Origin: an uncultured delta proteobacterium
Lineage (GTDB): Bacteria > Myxococcota > Kuafuiibacteriia > Kuafuiibacteriales > Kuafuiibacteriaceae
Assembly (NCBI GenBank): GCA_963803435.1
Contig: CAWDML010000009.1
Coordinates: 768,001-832,000 of the forward strand
DNA: 64,000 nt
Direction: 5' to 3'
Part shown: positions 31,225-41,489 of the stretch, piece after piece
How positions within the stretch are numbered: the stretch's first letter is position 1
How the letters are laid out: the number at the start of each line of letters is the position of its first letter
Position numbers and translations under genes: made by a program
The notes under the pieces: generated by a model
What the model was told of the DNA's origin: nothing
The model's database searches: none
The model's input: only the letters and a program-made list of their open reading frames with translations

Positions 31225-32473
31225 GTGGCGAAGCAATACCGTTCTTGGACTCCGAGACAATCGTTCTTGCTCCCGCCGTCCCCTCTCGAGTGGCTCCCAG
31301 AAAATCATCTCGCGTACTTCGTCTTGGACGTCGTCGATGAGGTAGAGCTGAGCGCGATCGAGATCTCGATCCAGTCCAAGGACCCGCGAGGCGAGCGACC
31401 GTACTCGCCTCGAATGATGATCGCGCTGCTTCTGTACGCCTACTGCACCGGCATCTATTCGTCGCGGAGGATCGCGCGGGCGACCTACGAAGACCTTCCA
31501 TTCCGGGTGCTGGCTGGAGAAAGTCATCCCCACTTCACGACGATCAACGAGTTTCGGCTCGTCCACCTGGAGGCACTGAAAGCGCTCTTCCTCGAAGTCC
31601 TGAAGCTTTGCCAGAAAGCAGGTTTGGTGCGGTTCGGACACGTCGCACTCGATGGCTCGAAGGTGCAGGCGGACGCGAGCAAGCACAAGGCGATGACCTA
31701 CGAGCGGATGGCCGAGGAGGAGAAGCGGCTGTCTCTCGAGATCGAAGAACTGCTGGAGCGAGCGCGCACGATCGACCAAGAGGAAGACGAGCAAAGCGGA
31801 TGATGCTCTTGTGGATCGGGTGGAGCCGAAATGATGGATGGCCGCATCATCGCGTTCCTGCAAATGTGGACGGCACACCGAGGCCCAACGCTCAGAGGAA
31901 CTTCACCGACTCAGACAGCAGGATCATGTTGAAGGAGGGAGCGTACCTCCAGGCCTACAATGCCCAAGTTGTCGTAGATGAGCACGCTCAGGTGATTGTT
32001 GCCGAAGGGGTCAGCAACCGGCACCTGATCAGCAACACCTCGTCCCGATGCTCCGTGATGTGTTCGGCAACTGCGGCGATGCTCCGCGGAAGATGACGGC
32101 AGACAACGGCTATCTGAGCGCGACCAACATCGAATTCTGCGACAACAATCAGATCGATGCCCACATCGCTGTTGGACGCGAACAGAACCAAGACGCGTCG
32201 ACTCCGTCCTCATCAGCTTCGGAGCCCACACCTGCCTCGCTCGCTCGCAAGCGAATGCGAGACAAGTTGCAAACGCGCGACGGCAAGGCGGTCTACGCCC
32301 GCAGGAAGAGTATCGTCGAACCGGCGCTCCGACAGATCAAAGGGGCACGAGGATTCCGCCGGTTCTCGCTCCGCTCCTTCTTCAAGGTACGAGCCGAGTG
32401 GACGCTCGTCTGCCTCACCCACAACCTGCTCAAGCTCTACCGATCGAAGCTCGCGACCGTCGCGAGCGTCTGA
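31225..32473 (+). pseudogene. IS1182-family transposase, frameshifted with internal deletion
   Basis: LLPPSPLEWLPENHLA, YSSRRIA, ALDGSKVQADAS, NFTDSDSRIM, AYNAQ, TADNGY, RRKSIVEP; split over three ORFs. Confidence 0.9.
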
Positions 32474-32495
32474 CTCAAGGCAGCCATCTTCAGAT

Positions 32496-32530
32496 CGGGA
32501 CCCGGACCGGGACCGGGACCGGGACCGGGG
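32496..32530. repeat. Hexamer tandem repeat (CGGGAC) about 5-6 copies
   Basis: cgggac ccggac cgggac cgggac cgggac cgggg just inside the right TIR. Confidence 0.85.
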
Positions 32531-32559
32531 TCGCCTGAGCGCTTACGCGCTACACGCTC

Positions 32560-33301
32560 CTAGCGCTTCTCGAGGTTCGCGCTCAGGTTGAAGTGACCCG
32601 CCTCGTTGGGGGTCAGCACCGTCTCGTACGTGCGGAAGTTGCTCTTCAGCAGGCGGATCGACAGGCTCTTCACGTTCGGCGGGCTGGGCTGGATGAGCGG
32701 CGTGGTGCCGTAGATCGTCCCGTTGATCTCCACCTGGGCGCCGCTGGGGTTCGACAGCACCGACAGGAGCGGCGTGGTGGCCTTTCGCACCTCGGGCGTC
32801 GGATCCGAGGCGATCTTCGGCGTCGGGGGGGGGTCGGGCGGTGGCGGCGTCCCGTCCGCGACCGGCGGCGGGGCCGGCGCGACGATCGGCGGCGGGGGTG
32901 GCTCCGGGGCCGGCGTGCGGTCGCTCCTCGCGTAGAGGACCGCGCCGGCCAGGAGCAGCGCGCCCCCGACCATCGTCAGGATCACCTCCTTGGTGAAGAG
33001 GCTGCCGTCGGCCTTTCGAGGCCCCGGGGTCCGGTTCTCGGGCTCGAGCTTCTGGACGATCTCCTGCACCGGCACCGCGAACTCGATGGCGGGGGCGCCG
33101 GCGTCGCTGTGCGGTCGGGGGAGGCGCAGCTTTGGCTTCGCCTTGCCCTTCGGCGAGAGCGGCGGCATGTCGACGGTCGTCCTCTCTTCGTGACCCCCGA
33201 GCCCCGGCAACTCCAGATTGGGGTCGGTCTCCTCGGTGTCATTCGAGAGAATCCTCGCTGCCGACGATCCCTGCCCACCCGTTTCCGTTCCGGGAGTGCA
33301 T
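32560..33301 (-). CDS. PEGA-domain membrane protein; apparent frameshift at ~33250
   Basis: TM, Pro-rich linker, SNPSGAQVEING..GTTPL PEGA motif; deleting one T in minus-strand GATTCT links it to ATG 33301. Confidence 0.75.
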
Positions 33302-33397
33302 GCGACCCGGCCAGCCTAGCACACGGGTCCCCGATGCGGACATGTAGGAGCCGATTTCGGCTCGCGTGCGCCCGCGTGAACGGCGAAGCTCGGCGCC

Positions 33398-33673
33398 GTG
33401 AAGGAGCGGGCCCGCGCCCGGTTGGTCGGGCAGATCGCGCGGTTCCTCTCGAGGCACGCGGACACGGATCGTGCCCTCGACCTGCTCGCGTCGATCCAGG
33501 AGCTGCGCACGTCCATCGAGGAGGTCCAGACGGCGCTCTGGCACTTGACCGCGCTGCCGACGCGCTACGACGTGCGCAAGGTGCAGCGGCGCGTGATCGC
33601 GCTCCGCCGGCGGACGCGGGAGTTGGAGCTCGCCGTGACGCGGCTCGAGTCGGCGCTCGAAGACGAGGAGTGA
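33398..33673 (+). CDS. Small coiled-coil hypothetical protein
   Basis: 91-aa ORF with heptad pattern filling the gap. Confidence 0.55.
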   Translation: MKERARARLVGQIARFLSRHADTDRALDLLASIQELRTSIEEVQTALWHLTALPTRYDVRKVQRRVIALRRRTRELELAVTRLESALEDEE

Positions 33674-33674
33674 G

Positions 33675-34739
33675 CTACTCCGCCTGCTCCTCGATCCGGG
33701 AGACCTCGAAGGACGCCTTCTTGCCCTCGATCGTCAGAATCGCGGCCATTCCCACCGAACGCGTGCCGTCGTTCATCTTCCAGCTGACCGCGTCGACCGG
33801 GCCGGGGTTGAGGTAGAGCTCGTCTTGGAGGACGCGCTGCTCGAGGAGCTTGGTACCGGTGAGATCGGTGCCGCGCCCGCCCGCCTCGTGGATGTTGGGG
33901 AAGACGCCGAACTTCACGTTCGTCTCGCGGAGGAACTTGGTGAGGGCGGGATCGCCGACGTTCGCCTGCTCGAGGGTGCGATCGAGCGCGTCGGGTCCGT
34001 CCTGGCGGGGGCCGCCGTGGGACAGGAGCACCACCGGCTTGTCTCCCGCCGCGCCCACGATCCGCTTGGTCTGATCCAGGTCGTCGGGCGTGTAATTGCA
34101 GCCGTCCTCGGCGTGGATGAAGACCTTGTCGTAGTAGCCGGGCACCGACACGAACGCGACGTCGTCGAGCACGGCGAGCCGCACCTGGTTCATGTTCACC
34201 ACCGGCTTGTCTGCGAAGACGGCCAGGGCGTCGTTGAAGTCGGTCTTCGCCTCACGGTTGCCCATCACGATGAAGACCGGCACGCCGGCCTCGGCCATCG
34301 GTGCCACCACATGCGTGATCTGATCCTTGGTCTCGCCCAGATCGCCGACCACCACAATCGCCTCCACGCCGGCCTTCTTGAAGACGGCGAGGAAATGGTC
34401 GAGGTTCGCCAGGTTCTCGGGCGTGTCCTCCTTGGTGTTGGCGAGGACGCCGATCAGCGCCTTGTTGTCCGGATCCGTGCTCTCCTCGGCGAGCTTGGTC
34501 CCGGTCACCGTGTACTTCTTCCCCGCGACCTCGAACGACCTCGCAGGGCCGGTCGGGTTCCAGGCGGCGATGCACTCGGGATCCGAGGTTGTCGCGGGCG
34601 CTTCCGCCGGGGGCGCGGCCTCGGGCGTCTTCTTTGGGGGCGCCTGCTTCTCTGCGTCCTTGCAGCCGGGGCCGAGGAGCAGCAGAGCGCCCAGAACAGC
34701 GAGATTCACGGTCGTATGGCGCATAGGCGCGCGGACCAT
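33675..34739 (-). CDS. Calcineurin-like metallophosphoesterase-fold lipoprotein
   Basis: Lipobox LGPGC, VVGDL, MGNRE, LSHGGP, NIHE. Confidence 0.75.
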   Translation of the reverse strand: MVRAPMRHTTVNLAVLGALLLLGPGCKDAEKQAPPKKTPEAAPPAEAPATTSDPECIAAWNPTGPARSFEVAGKKYTVTGTKLAEESTDPDNKALIGVLANTKEDTPENLANLDHFLAVFKKAGVEAIVVVGDLGETKDQITHVVAPMAEAGVPVFIVMGNREAKTDFNDALAVFADKPVVNMNQVRLAVLDDVAFVSVPGYYDKVFIHAEDGCNYTPDDLDQTKRIVGAAGDKPVVLLSHGGPRQDGPDALDRTLEQANVGDPALTKFLRETNVKFGVFPNIHEAGGRGTDLTGTKLLEQRVLQDELYLNPGPVDAVSWKMNDGTRSVGMAAILTIEGKKASFEVSRIEEQAE

Positions 34740-34785
34740 AGCGAGGCGGATCCGCCCGGGGCAAGCGTTGTTCTAAGATCCGGCT

Positions 34786-36927
34786 GTGCGGTGGCGAACC
34801 CAGCTCGGGCTTCTCGTGGGGATGCTCGCGGCCGTCGCCTGCGGCGCGCCACGGCCGCAAGGCAACGGGCTTTCGCTCTCACCCACGGTCATCGACTTCG
34901 GTGAGGTCGTCGTCGGGCTGCTCGAGCGGCGGACGGTCAACCTCGTGAACGGAAGCGCGGACGTGGTCCACGTGATCGAGGCGCGACCCGATGATCCGAT
35001 CGCCGGCGCGGTCCGTCTCGAGCGCGTCCCAGCGGCGCTCTCGGCGGGCACCTCGGCCGAGGCAGAGGTGGTCTTCGCGCCGCCGCGGGAGGGCGTGCTC
35101 TCCGGCTCGCTCCGGTTCGTCACGGACGGCGATCCCGCGGAGCTCACCGCCGAGGTCTCGGGCGTTGCCTCCGCGCCGAGCCTGCGCGTCTTTCCCGAGT
35201 CGTTGGACTTTGGCCGGGTGATGATCGGCGAAGATGCAGTCGCCACGGCGACCATCACGAACCGAGGAAGCAAGGCGGTGACGATCCGTGCGATCACGCC
35301 CGACATGGAGACCAGCGACGAGTTCGCGGTCGGGTCGTACGCGATCGAGACACTCGGTCCGGGCGCGTCCTTTTGTGTCGAGATCACGTTCCGGCCCGCG
35401 TTTCCCGGGAGGGCGATCGGCCGCGTGGTGGTCGGCGACGACTCGCCCCGTCCGGTACCGCTCGGGCTGACGCTCTCGGGCGAGGGCGTCGACGGAGACG
35501 TCAGCCTCGAGCCGCAGGAGATCGACTTCACCGGAGTGCTGGTCGGGGAGGAGCGGGTCCGCTTCTTCGAGGTCCGCAACAGCGGTGCGGCCACCGCGAC
35601 GATCGCGTCCATCTCGATCGAGGACAACGGCGATCTGACTTCGTACGCGTTCTCGATCGTGTCGTCGCCGTCTGCGCCGTTTGCGCTGCGGCCGGGCGAG
35701 GAGCGATCGATCCAGGTGCGCTTCGCGCCCACCGCCGCGGGCCAACACTCCGGCTGGGCCCTGGTCGAGGTCCGGGGGGTCGAGGCCCCGCTCGCGGTCA
35801 CGCTCTTCGCCGAGGTCGACGCGCCCCCCCGGGCAGAGCTGGCCGTCCATCCGGGCGCGATCGACTTCGGTGGTGTGGAGCTCGGGAGCGTCGGGACGCG
35901 CGAGCTGGTGCTCGACAGTGATGGCGCCATCGAGGTCCACCTGCTCGGATCCATCACGATCGACCCGCCGGGCGCGCCCTTCACGCTCGTGAGGGCGCCG
36001 GCGCCCGACGCCACGCTCGGCCCCTTCGATAGCCACACGCTGGTGGTCGAGTATCGGCCGCAGGCGGAGGGAACCGACACCGCGATCCTCCGCATCGACA
36101 GCGACGCGATCGCCGCACGCCGGCTCGAGGTACCGCTCGTCGGGCGCGGCGAGGCCTTTGCGTCGCCCGATGTCGACGTCCGCCCGATCGCGCTGGCGTT
36201 CGGTTACGTGCCCCGGGACATCACGGCGAACCGGCGCTTGATCCTGGTGAACGGCGGCACCGCGCCGCTGACGATCGCGAGCATCACGGTCGCCGACCCC
36301 GGAGGGCGCTTCTCACTCGGCGCGGTCCCCGCCGGACCGCTCGCCGGAGGGGCGGAGGCCGCAGTCGTGGTCCGCTACCAGGACCCGACGGGCCTGGCCG
36401 TGCCGCACACCGCGACCGTCGCCATCGCCACCGACGACCCCGACCGGCCGCTCCTGGCGGTGCCGCTCTCGGCGGTCACCGCAGCGCCACGCCTGGTGGC
36501 GGACGCCGACCTGCTGATCCAGGCGACCGGCGGCCAGCTCCACCTGCTCCGCTCCGGAGGCGCCACGTTCGATCGGCCGGACGACTGCTGCTGGTGCAAC
36601 CCGAATCCGCGCTGGGGCGAGGCGATCGCCGAGCTGCCGCTGTTCAACGACGACCTCGGGGGTCAGGAGAGCATCCTCCTGTCTCGCGCGACCGTCCCCG
36701 CCGGGACATCGCTCGCCCTCTACGAGGTTCAGGTCGTGGGCTCGGGCGGAATCGCGGAGCTGACCCTCGTGATCGCCGGCGCATCACCGATCGTTCGCAC
36801 GCGCCAGCTCGGCGCCGGGCAGCGGTGGCGGGCCGGCAGCCTCTACCTGGACACGCTCACCCGCGACCACGGGTTCTTCCAGTCGACCCTCCCGCTCGAT
36901 ACACCGGCGGAGCACACCTGCTTCTAG
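34786..36927 (+). CDS. Lipoprotein with tandem Ig-like (choice-of-anchor D/ASH-type) domains
   Basis: Lipobox AVAC; five repeats beginning P..(I/L)DFG.V with N.G motifs. Confidence 0.78.
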   Translation: MRWRTQLGLLVGMLAAVACGAPRPQGNGLSLSPTVIDFGEVVVGLLERRTVNLVNGSADVVHVIEARPDDPIAGAVRLERVPAALSAGTSAEAEVVFAPPREGVLSGSLRFVTDGDPAELTAEVSGVASAPSLRVFPESLDFGRVMIGEDAVATATITNRGSKAVTIRAITPDMETSDEFAVGSYAIETLGPGASFCVEITFRPAFPGRAIGRVVVGDDSPRPVPLGLTLSGEGVDGDVSLEPQEIDFTGVLVGEERVRFFEVRNSGAATATIASISIEDNGDLTSYAFSIVSSPSAPFALRPGEERSIQVRFAPTAAGQHSGWALVEVRGVEAPLAVTLFAEVDAPPRAELAVHPGAIDFGGVELGSVGTRELVLDSDGAIEVHLLGSITIDPPGAPFTLVRAPAPDATLGPFDSHTLVVEYRPQAEGTDTAILRIDSDAIAARRLEVPLVGRGEAFASPDVDVRPIALAFGYVPRDITANRRLILVNGGTAPLTIASITVADPGGRFSLGAVPAGPLAGGAEAAVVVRYQDPTGLAVPHTATVAIATDDPDRPLLAVPLSAVTAAPRLVADADLLIQATGGQLHLLRSGGATFDRPDDCCWCNPNPRWGEAIAELPLFNDDLGGQESILLSRATVPAGTSLALYEVQVVGSGGIAELTLVIAGASPIVRTRQLGAGQRWRAGSLYLDTLTRDHGFFQSTLPLDTPAEHTCF

Positions 36928-36980
36928 GAACGGCGCGCGCGCTAGGCGCCTCGCGCGCGTGCAGCTACACTCCCGTCGCC

Positions 36981-37403
36981 TTGGCCGAGCAGGAACAGGT
37001 CGCGTGGGCTGAAGCGCAGCGGCATCTGGCGCGGGCCCTGGGCCTCTCGATCGAGGAGTGGGTCCGGGCGCTCGAGGCAGCCTCGAACCACAAGACCGGG
37101 CTCACGGCCGCGGTGATCGGCGCATCGATGGCCCGCGGTCTGGGGATGGGCGTGCTGGATACGCTGGATCCGGCCGCGCTCTTCGCACGGGCGCGCGCGC
37201 TGATCGATCCCGATCCACCCCGCGTCGAGAACCCCGTGCTGGCCGAGGCGATCCGCCGGGCCGGCGAGCTCGGGAGCGGCGGCGGCGCCCGGCGTCTAAG
37301 GGCGGAGCGGAGCGAGGTGACCACGCCGAGGCGCGGCGAGGGCTCGCTCGGCAAGTCGGCGTCCGCGTCGACGCCCGACGCGCCTGGAGAGGAGGAGGAA
37401 TGA
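36981..37403 (+). CDS. Hypothetical protein
   Basis: TTG start inferred; stop overlaps the next ATG. Confidence 0.5.
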   Translation: MAEQEQVAWAEAQRHLARALGLSIEEWVRALEAASNHKTGLTAAVIGASMARGLGMGVLDTLDPAALFARARALIDPDPPRVENPVLAEAIRRAGELGSGGGARRLRAERSEVTTPRRGEGSLGKSASASTPDAPGEEEE

Positions 37404-37621
37404 GCCTCTTCGACTCGGACCGCGCGGGGAAGGCGTTCGCGCTGGACGACGCCGTTCGTCGTGTCCTCGCCGCGTGGAGCCGTGAGCGCGACACCGAGAT
37501 CGGACGCCTCAACCTCAAGCGTGCCTTCTCGAAGCTCAACCCCGATCAGCGCGCGCAGCTGATCGGGCGCCTCGCCGAGATCAGCTTGGGACAGCTCTTC
37601 GTCCTCGCGCACGACGCCTGA
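37400..37621 (+). CDS. Small hypothetical protein
   Basis: GGAGG RBS, ATGA overlap, 73 aa. Confidence 0.55.
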   Translation: MSLFDSDRAGKAFALDDAVRRVLAAWSRERDTEIGRLNLKRAFSKLNPDQRAQLIGRLAEISLGQLFVLAHDA

Positions 37622-37853
37622 GCCGGCGGGCAGTGAGGCCAGGTATGTGGAGTGGGGCGCCGCACGACTGCAGCGAGACAGGGGCGCCACATCGGATTGG
37701 AGACCGATGGTGCGTGCTCTTGCCCAAAACGGGGTGACCGGCGGTCACACCTCTAGGGAGTGGGCCTCATGGAGGGTGAAACCTGCGCACCCATGGAATG
37801 AGTCAGAGGAATTGATCGCGGCCCGATGGCCGACTACGGTGAGTGGGCCCGCC

Positions 37854-38585
37854 ATGCGCTACGCCATCATCTCGGACATTCACGGCAACATCGAGGCGCT
37901 CGAAGCGATCTTGTCGAAGTTCCGAGAGATCGGCGTCGACAAGTACTTCTGCCTCGGGGACATCGTCGGGTACGGCGCGGAGCCCGAGGCCTGCTGCTCC
38001 CGAGTGCGCGAGCTCTGCGAGGTGACGCTGCTCGGCAACCACGACGCCGCAGTAGCCGGGCGCATGGACTACTCCTATTACTACGACGCGGCGCGCGAAG
38101 CGCTCGACTGGTGTCGCGAACGATTGACGCCCGACAACCTGACCTGGCTCAAGAACCTCCCGTACACCCATCGCCTCGGAGACGTGGAGCTCTCGCACGG
38201 TTCTCCCTTCAACCCCGAAGAGTACGACTACATCTTCGCCCTCGAGCAGGCCCGCGAGCTCAACCACTCGAAGCCGGACCTGGCCGAGGTCACGTTCATC
38301 GGACATTCCCATCTGACCAAGGTCTTCGCGCTGACCGACGACAACGCGCTCGACGTGGTGGCGCCCAAGTTCAAGCTCAAGGACGGGATGAAATACGTCA
38401 TCACCGTCGGTTCCGTCGGTCAGCCGCGCGACTACGATCCGCGTGCCTGCGCCGGGTTCTACGACACCGAGGATCGACGGTTCGAGTATGTCCGCGTGGA
38501 GTACGACATCGAGTCCCAGCGACAGAAGATCATCGATGCAGGTCTGGCGCACAACTTCGGAACGAGGCTCTTGCTCGGCATTTGA
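37854..38585 (+). CDS. Metallophosphoesterase family protein
   Basis: ISDIHGN, LGDIVGYG, GNHD, SHGS, GHSH, GSVGQPRD. Confidence 0.92.
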   Translation: MRYAIISDIHGNIEALEAILSKFREIGVDKYFCLGDIVGYGAEPEACCSRVRELCEVTLLGNHDAAVAGRMDYSYYYDAAREALDWCRERLTPDNLTWLKNLPYTHRLGDVELSHGSPFNPEEYDYIFALEQARELNHSKPDLAEVTFIGHSHLTKVFALTDDNALDVVAPKFKLKDGMKYVITVGSVGQPRDYDPRACAGFYDTEDRRFEYVRVEYDIESQRQKIIDAGLAHNFGTRLLLGI

Positions 38586-39435
38586 GCTCCTGCTGCTGGC
38601 CTGTCTTTCGGCCTGCACCAAGAGCGATCGCCCGATCATCGTGGTCGAGGTGCGCGATCAGAGCGAGCACCGGCTCACCTTCGACAAGCCAAAGGTCGAG
38701 CAGTACGCGGTCACCACGATCGATCGGGTGCCCGGCTACGGCTTCCGCCAGGCCAAGGCGGAGGAGAACGGCTGGCAGTACGTGTTCGTCATCGACCTCT
38801 TGGCCGAGCGGATCGCGGACGGCTCCACCGACGGCACGACCAAGCACCGCGCCGTGGAGGGGGTCCTCGAGCTCAAGGAGGTCGGCGGTGACGGCTACTT
38901 CGAGACCAAGGTGCTCGAGACTTCGGACGAGCCGGCCTCGGCCCCGCTCGAGCCATTGATCCAGCGGGCGATCGACAAGGCCGCCGGCCAGCTCACCATC
39001 GCCATGAAGCTCACGCACGGCACGGACGAGGAGCTGGTCGCCCTCCTCGATTCGCCGGAGCCGAACACGCGCGGCCAGGCGATCACGCTGGCTGGTCGGC
39101 GGAAGATCCAGAAGGCGGTGCCGAAGCTGATCGCTCTCGTGAAGGACGAGAAGGCCACCGACGATCAGGTGCTCAAGGCTGTGGGCGCGCTGGTGCAGAT
39201 CGGTGACCAGGAGGCCAGCGGCGCGATCATCGACGCTGGCAAGCACCGCTCCTCGGAGTACCAGCTCCAGCTCCTGTTCGCGCTCAGCAAGCTGGGCGGC
39301 CTCGAGGCCGAGGCGTACCTCTTCACCGTCCAGAACGGGCACCCCGATCCCGTGGTCCGCCAGACCGCACATGATGCGCTGGAGGAGCTGGAGGTTCGGC
39401 GCGAGGCCAAAAAAAAGGTAGAGTCCCCGCCCTGA
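38536..39435 (+). CDS. HEAT-repeat lipoprotein
   Basis: Lipobox LSAC, HEAT-like helices; start uncertain. Confidence 0.7.
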   Translation: MQVWRTTSERGSCSAFELLLLACLSACTKSDRPIIVVEVRDQSEHRLTFDKPKVEQYAVTTIDRVPGYGFRQAKAEENGWQYVFVIDLLAERIADGSTDGTTKHRAVEGVLELKEVGGDGYFETKVLETSDEPASAPLEPLIQRAIDKAAGQLTIAMKLTHGTDEELVALLDSPEPNTRGQAITLAGRRKIQKAVPKLIALVKDEKATDDQVLKAVGALVQIGDQEASGAIIDAGKHRSSEYQLQLLFALSKLGGLEAEAYLFTVQNGHPDPVVRQTAHDALEELEVRREAKKKVESPP

Positions 39436-40043
39436 TGGGGAAGCCTCTCTTCTCGCTGCTGCTCCTGGCGGCCTGTGCCACCGCGCCGAAGGGCTCAGGT
39501 ACCGCCGAGCGGAGCGCCAAGGACTACGCACCCTTCGCCCTGGGCGCCTCCTGGACCTACGCGGTCAACTACCTGGGCCAGAAGGCCGAGCAGACGATCA
39601 CGATCGTCAAGGAGGAGGAGGGCTACTTCGTCGACGACCAGCCGGGCCCCGCCCAGGGCCGCTTCCGGCACACCGCGGAGGGCCTCCGCGATCCGACGCG
39701 GTTCCTGATCCGACTCCCGCTGGAGGAGGGCAACGAGTGGAAGGCGATCGTGTCGGCGAGCGCGATCGAGCACTACCGGATCATCGGCGTGGGCCAGCCC
39801 TGCGAGAGCCAGGCGGGCCGCTTCCAGGACTGCTTGATCATCGAGTCGCGCCTGCGCCGCGACGAAAAGATGACGCTGTTCGCGCGCTGGAGCTGGGCCC
39901 GCGGGATCGGTCTGGTGAAGATCGAGACGGAGGCCGAGATCAAGGGGAAGGGACGCATTCCGCAGACCGAGCGCAGCCTGGTCCACTACTCGTTGAACGG
40001 CCGATCGGCGACCGATGACGGACCAGACAGCTGGTCCAAGTAG
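39435..40043 (+). CDS. Hypothetical lipoprotein
   Basis: Lipobox LAAC, YAPFALGASWTY, WARGIGLVK. Confidence 0.75.
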   Translation: MGKPLFSLLLLAACATAPKGSGTAERSAKDYAPFALGASWTYAVNYLGQKAEQTITIVKEEEGYFVDDQPGPAQGRFRHTAEGLRDPTRFLIRLPLEEGNEWKAIVSASAIEHYRIIGVGQPCESQAGRFQDCLIIESRLRRDEKMTLFARWSWARGIGLVKIETEAEIKGKGRIPQTERSLVHYSLNGRSATDDGPDSWSK

Positions 40044-40061
40044 ACGCTATCCTGACGGGGG

Positions 40062-41489
40062 ATGTTCGGGCCCTTCCTCGCGTCGGCGGTCGGGTGCCTG
40101 TGGCGGGAGCGCACCTACGACGCGGAGCGCGTGCGCGCGGTCCAGCGGGGGCGCCTGACCACGTTGCTCGAGCACGCGCGCGACTCCACGCCGCTGTGGA
40201 GTGAGCGGCTGGCCGGCCTCGACCTGCGTGCGCCCGGGGTGCTGGCGCAGATCGCGCCGATCACCAAGTCGGAGATCATGGCGCGCTTCGACGCCTCGAT
40301 CGCCCGGGGGCGGATCAGCAAGGCCGATGTGGAGGCGTACACCGGGGACGCGGCGCGGATCGGCCAGCTCTATCGAGGCGAGCTCATGCTCGCGACCACG
40401 TCCGGCACCACGGGGAAGGTCGGCTACTTCGTCACCGATCGCGACGGTTGGGCGCGCCAGAACGGGGCGCTGTTCGCCCGGATTCTTCGGCACCGGCTGA
40501 TCCCCAGCGAGATCCTGCGCTTCTGTTTCGGGCGCCGCTACCGGATGGCGATGGCGGTCGCGACCGAGGGCCACTTCATCACCCGCCTGGTGGCGACGTT
40601 CCGGCCGCTCCTGTCGCGCGCCCTCGTCAACCTGCAGGCCTACTCGATCGTCGGTCCCTCCGAGCGCACCATCGAGGCGCTCAATCGGTTCCGCCCGCAC
40701 TATCTCCACAGCTATCCCACGTACCTCGAGCTCCTGGCGTACGAGCGCCTGAGCGGGCGGCTCGAGATCGATCCCGAGTTCATCTCGCTCGGGAGCGAGC
40801 CGGTCACGCCGAGCGCGCGCGAGGCGATCGCGCGTGCCTTCCCTTCGGCGGAGATCTCAGAGACCTACGGCGCGACCGAGTGTCTGGCGATGGCGAACCA
40901 ATGCCGACATGGGCGGCTCCACATCAACGAGGATCTCTGCGTGCTCGAGCCCGTCGACGCCGACGATCGTCCGGTCCCGCCCGGAACCGCCAGCGCCAAG
41001 GTGCTCGTGACCAACCTGCTCAACCGCGGCCAGCCGCTCCTTCGATACGAGCTCAACGACTCGATCACGCTCATCGGGGAGCCGTGTCCCTGCGGCGCCG
41101 CCTTCCCCACCGTCCGTGTCGAGGGGAGGAGCGACGACACCTTCTATCTTCGGGACGCGCGCGGTGGGTATGCACCGCACCCGCCGGTCCCGTTCGAGGT
41201 GCTGTTCCTCAACGTCGAGCACCTCGCGCAATACCAGCTGGTGCACGAGACACAGAACCGGCTGGTCGTGCGCTTCGTGACGGAGGCCGGCGGCGATCCC
41301 GCGCAGGTGCGCGCGCGTCTCACGGAGCGGTTCGAGGGCTACCTCGCGCAAAACCGGCTCGAGGGCTGCGTCCAGCTCGACGTTCTCCCGGTGGAGCGGA
41401 TCGAGCGCGAGGCGCAAGGCCACAAGCTCCGCCAGATCTACAGCAAGGTGCCGCGGCCGGCTCCGCCAGTGTTATCCTCGGCGGGTTGA
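40062..41489 (+). CDS. Phenylacetate-CoA ligase-like (PaaK/CapK-type) adenylate-forming enzyme
   Basis: TTSGTTG, YGATE, PLLRYELND, EGRSDD. Confidence 0.85.
   Translation: MFGPFLASAVGCLWRERTYDAERVRAVQRGRLTTLLEHARDSTPLWSERLAGLDLRAPGVLAQIAPITKSEIMARFDASIARGRISKADVEAYTGDAARIGQLYRGELMLATTSGTTGKVGYFVTDRDGWARQNGALFARILRHRLIPSEILRFCFGRRYRMAMAVATEGHFITRLVATFRPLLSRALVNLQAYSIVGPSERTIEALNRFRPHYLHSYPTYLELLAYERLSGRLEIDPEFISLGSEPVTPSAREAIARAFPSAEISETYGATECLAMANQCRHGRLHINEDLCVLEPVDADDRPVPPGTASAKVLVTNLLNRGQPLLRYELNDSITLIGEPCPCGAAFPTVRVEGRSDDTFYLRDARGGYAPHPPVPFEVLFLNVEHLAQYQLVHETQNRLVVRFVTEAGGDPAQVRARLTERFEGYLAQNRLEGCVQLDVLPVERIEREAQGHKLRQIYSKVPRPAPPVLSSAG

Larger units (their letters stand above)
30770..32559. 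mobile_element. Decayed IS1182-like element with passenger gene
   Basis: Terminal inverted repeats GAGCGTGTAGCGCGTA(A)GCGCT at 30770-30790 and 32538-32559, flanked by CTAG at 30766-30769 and 32560-32563. Confidence 0.85.
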
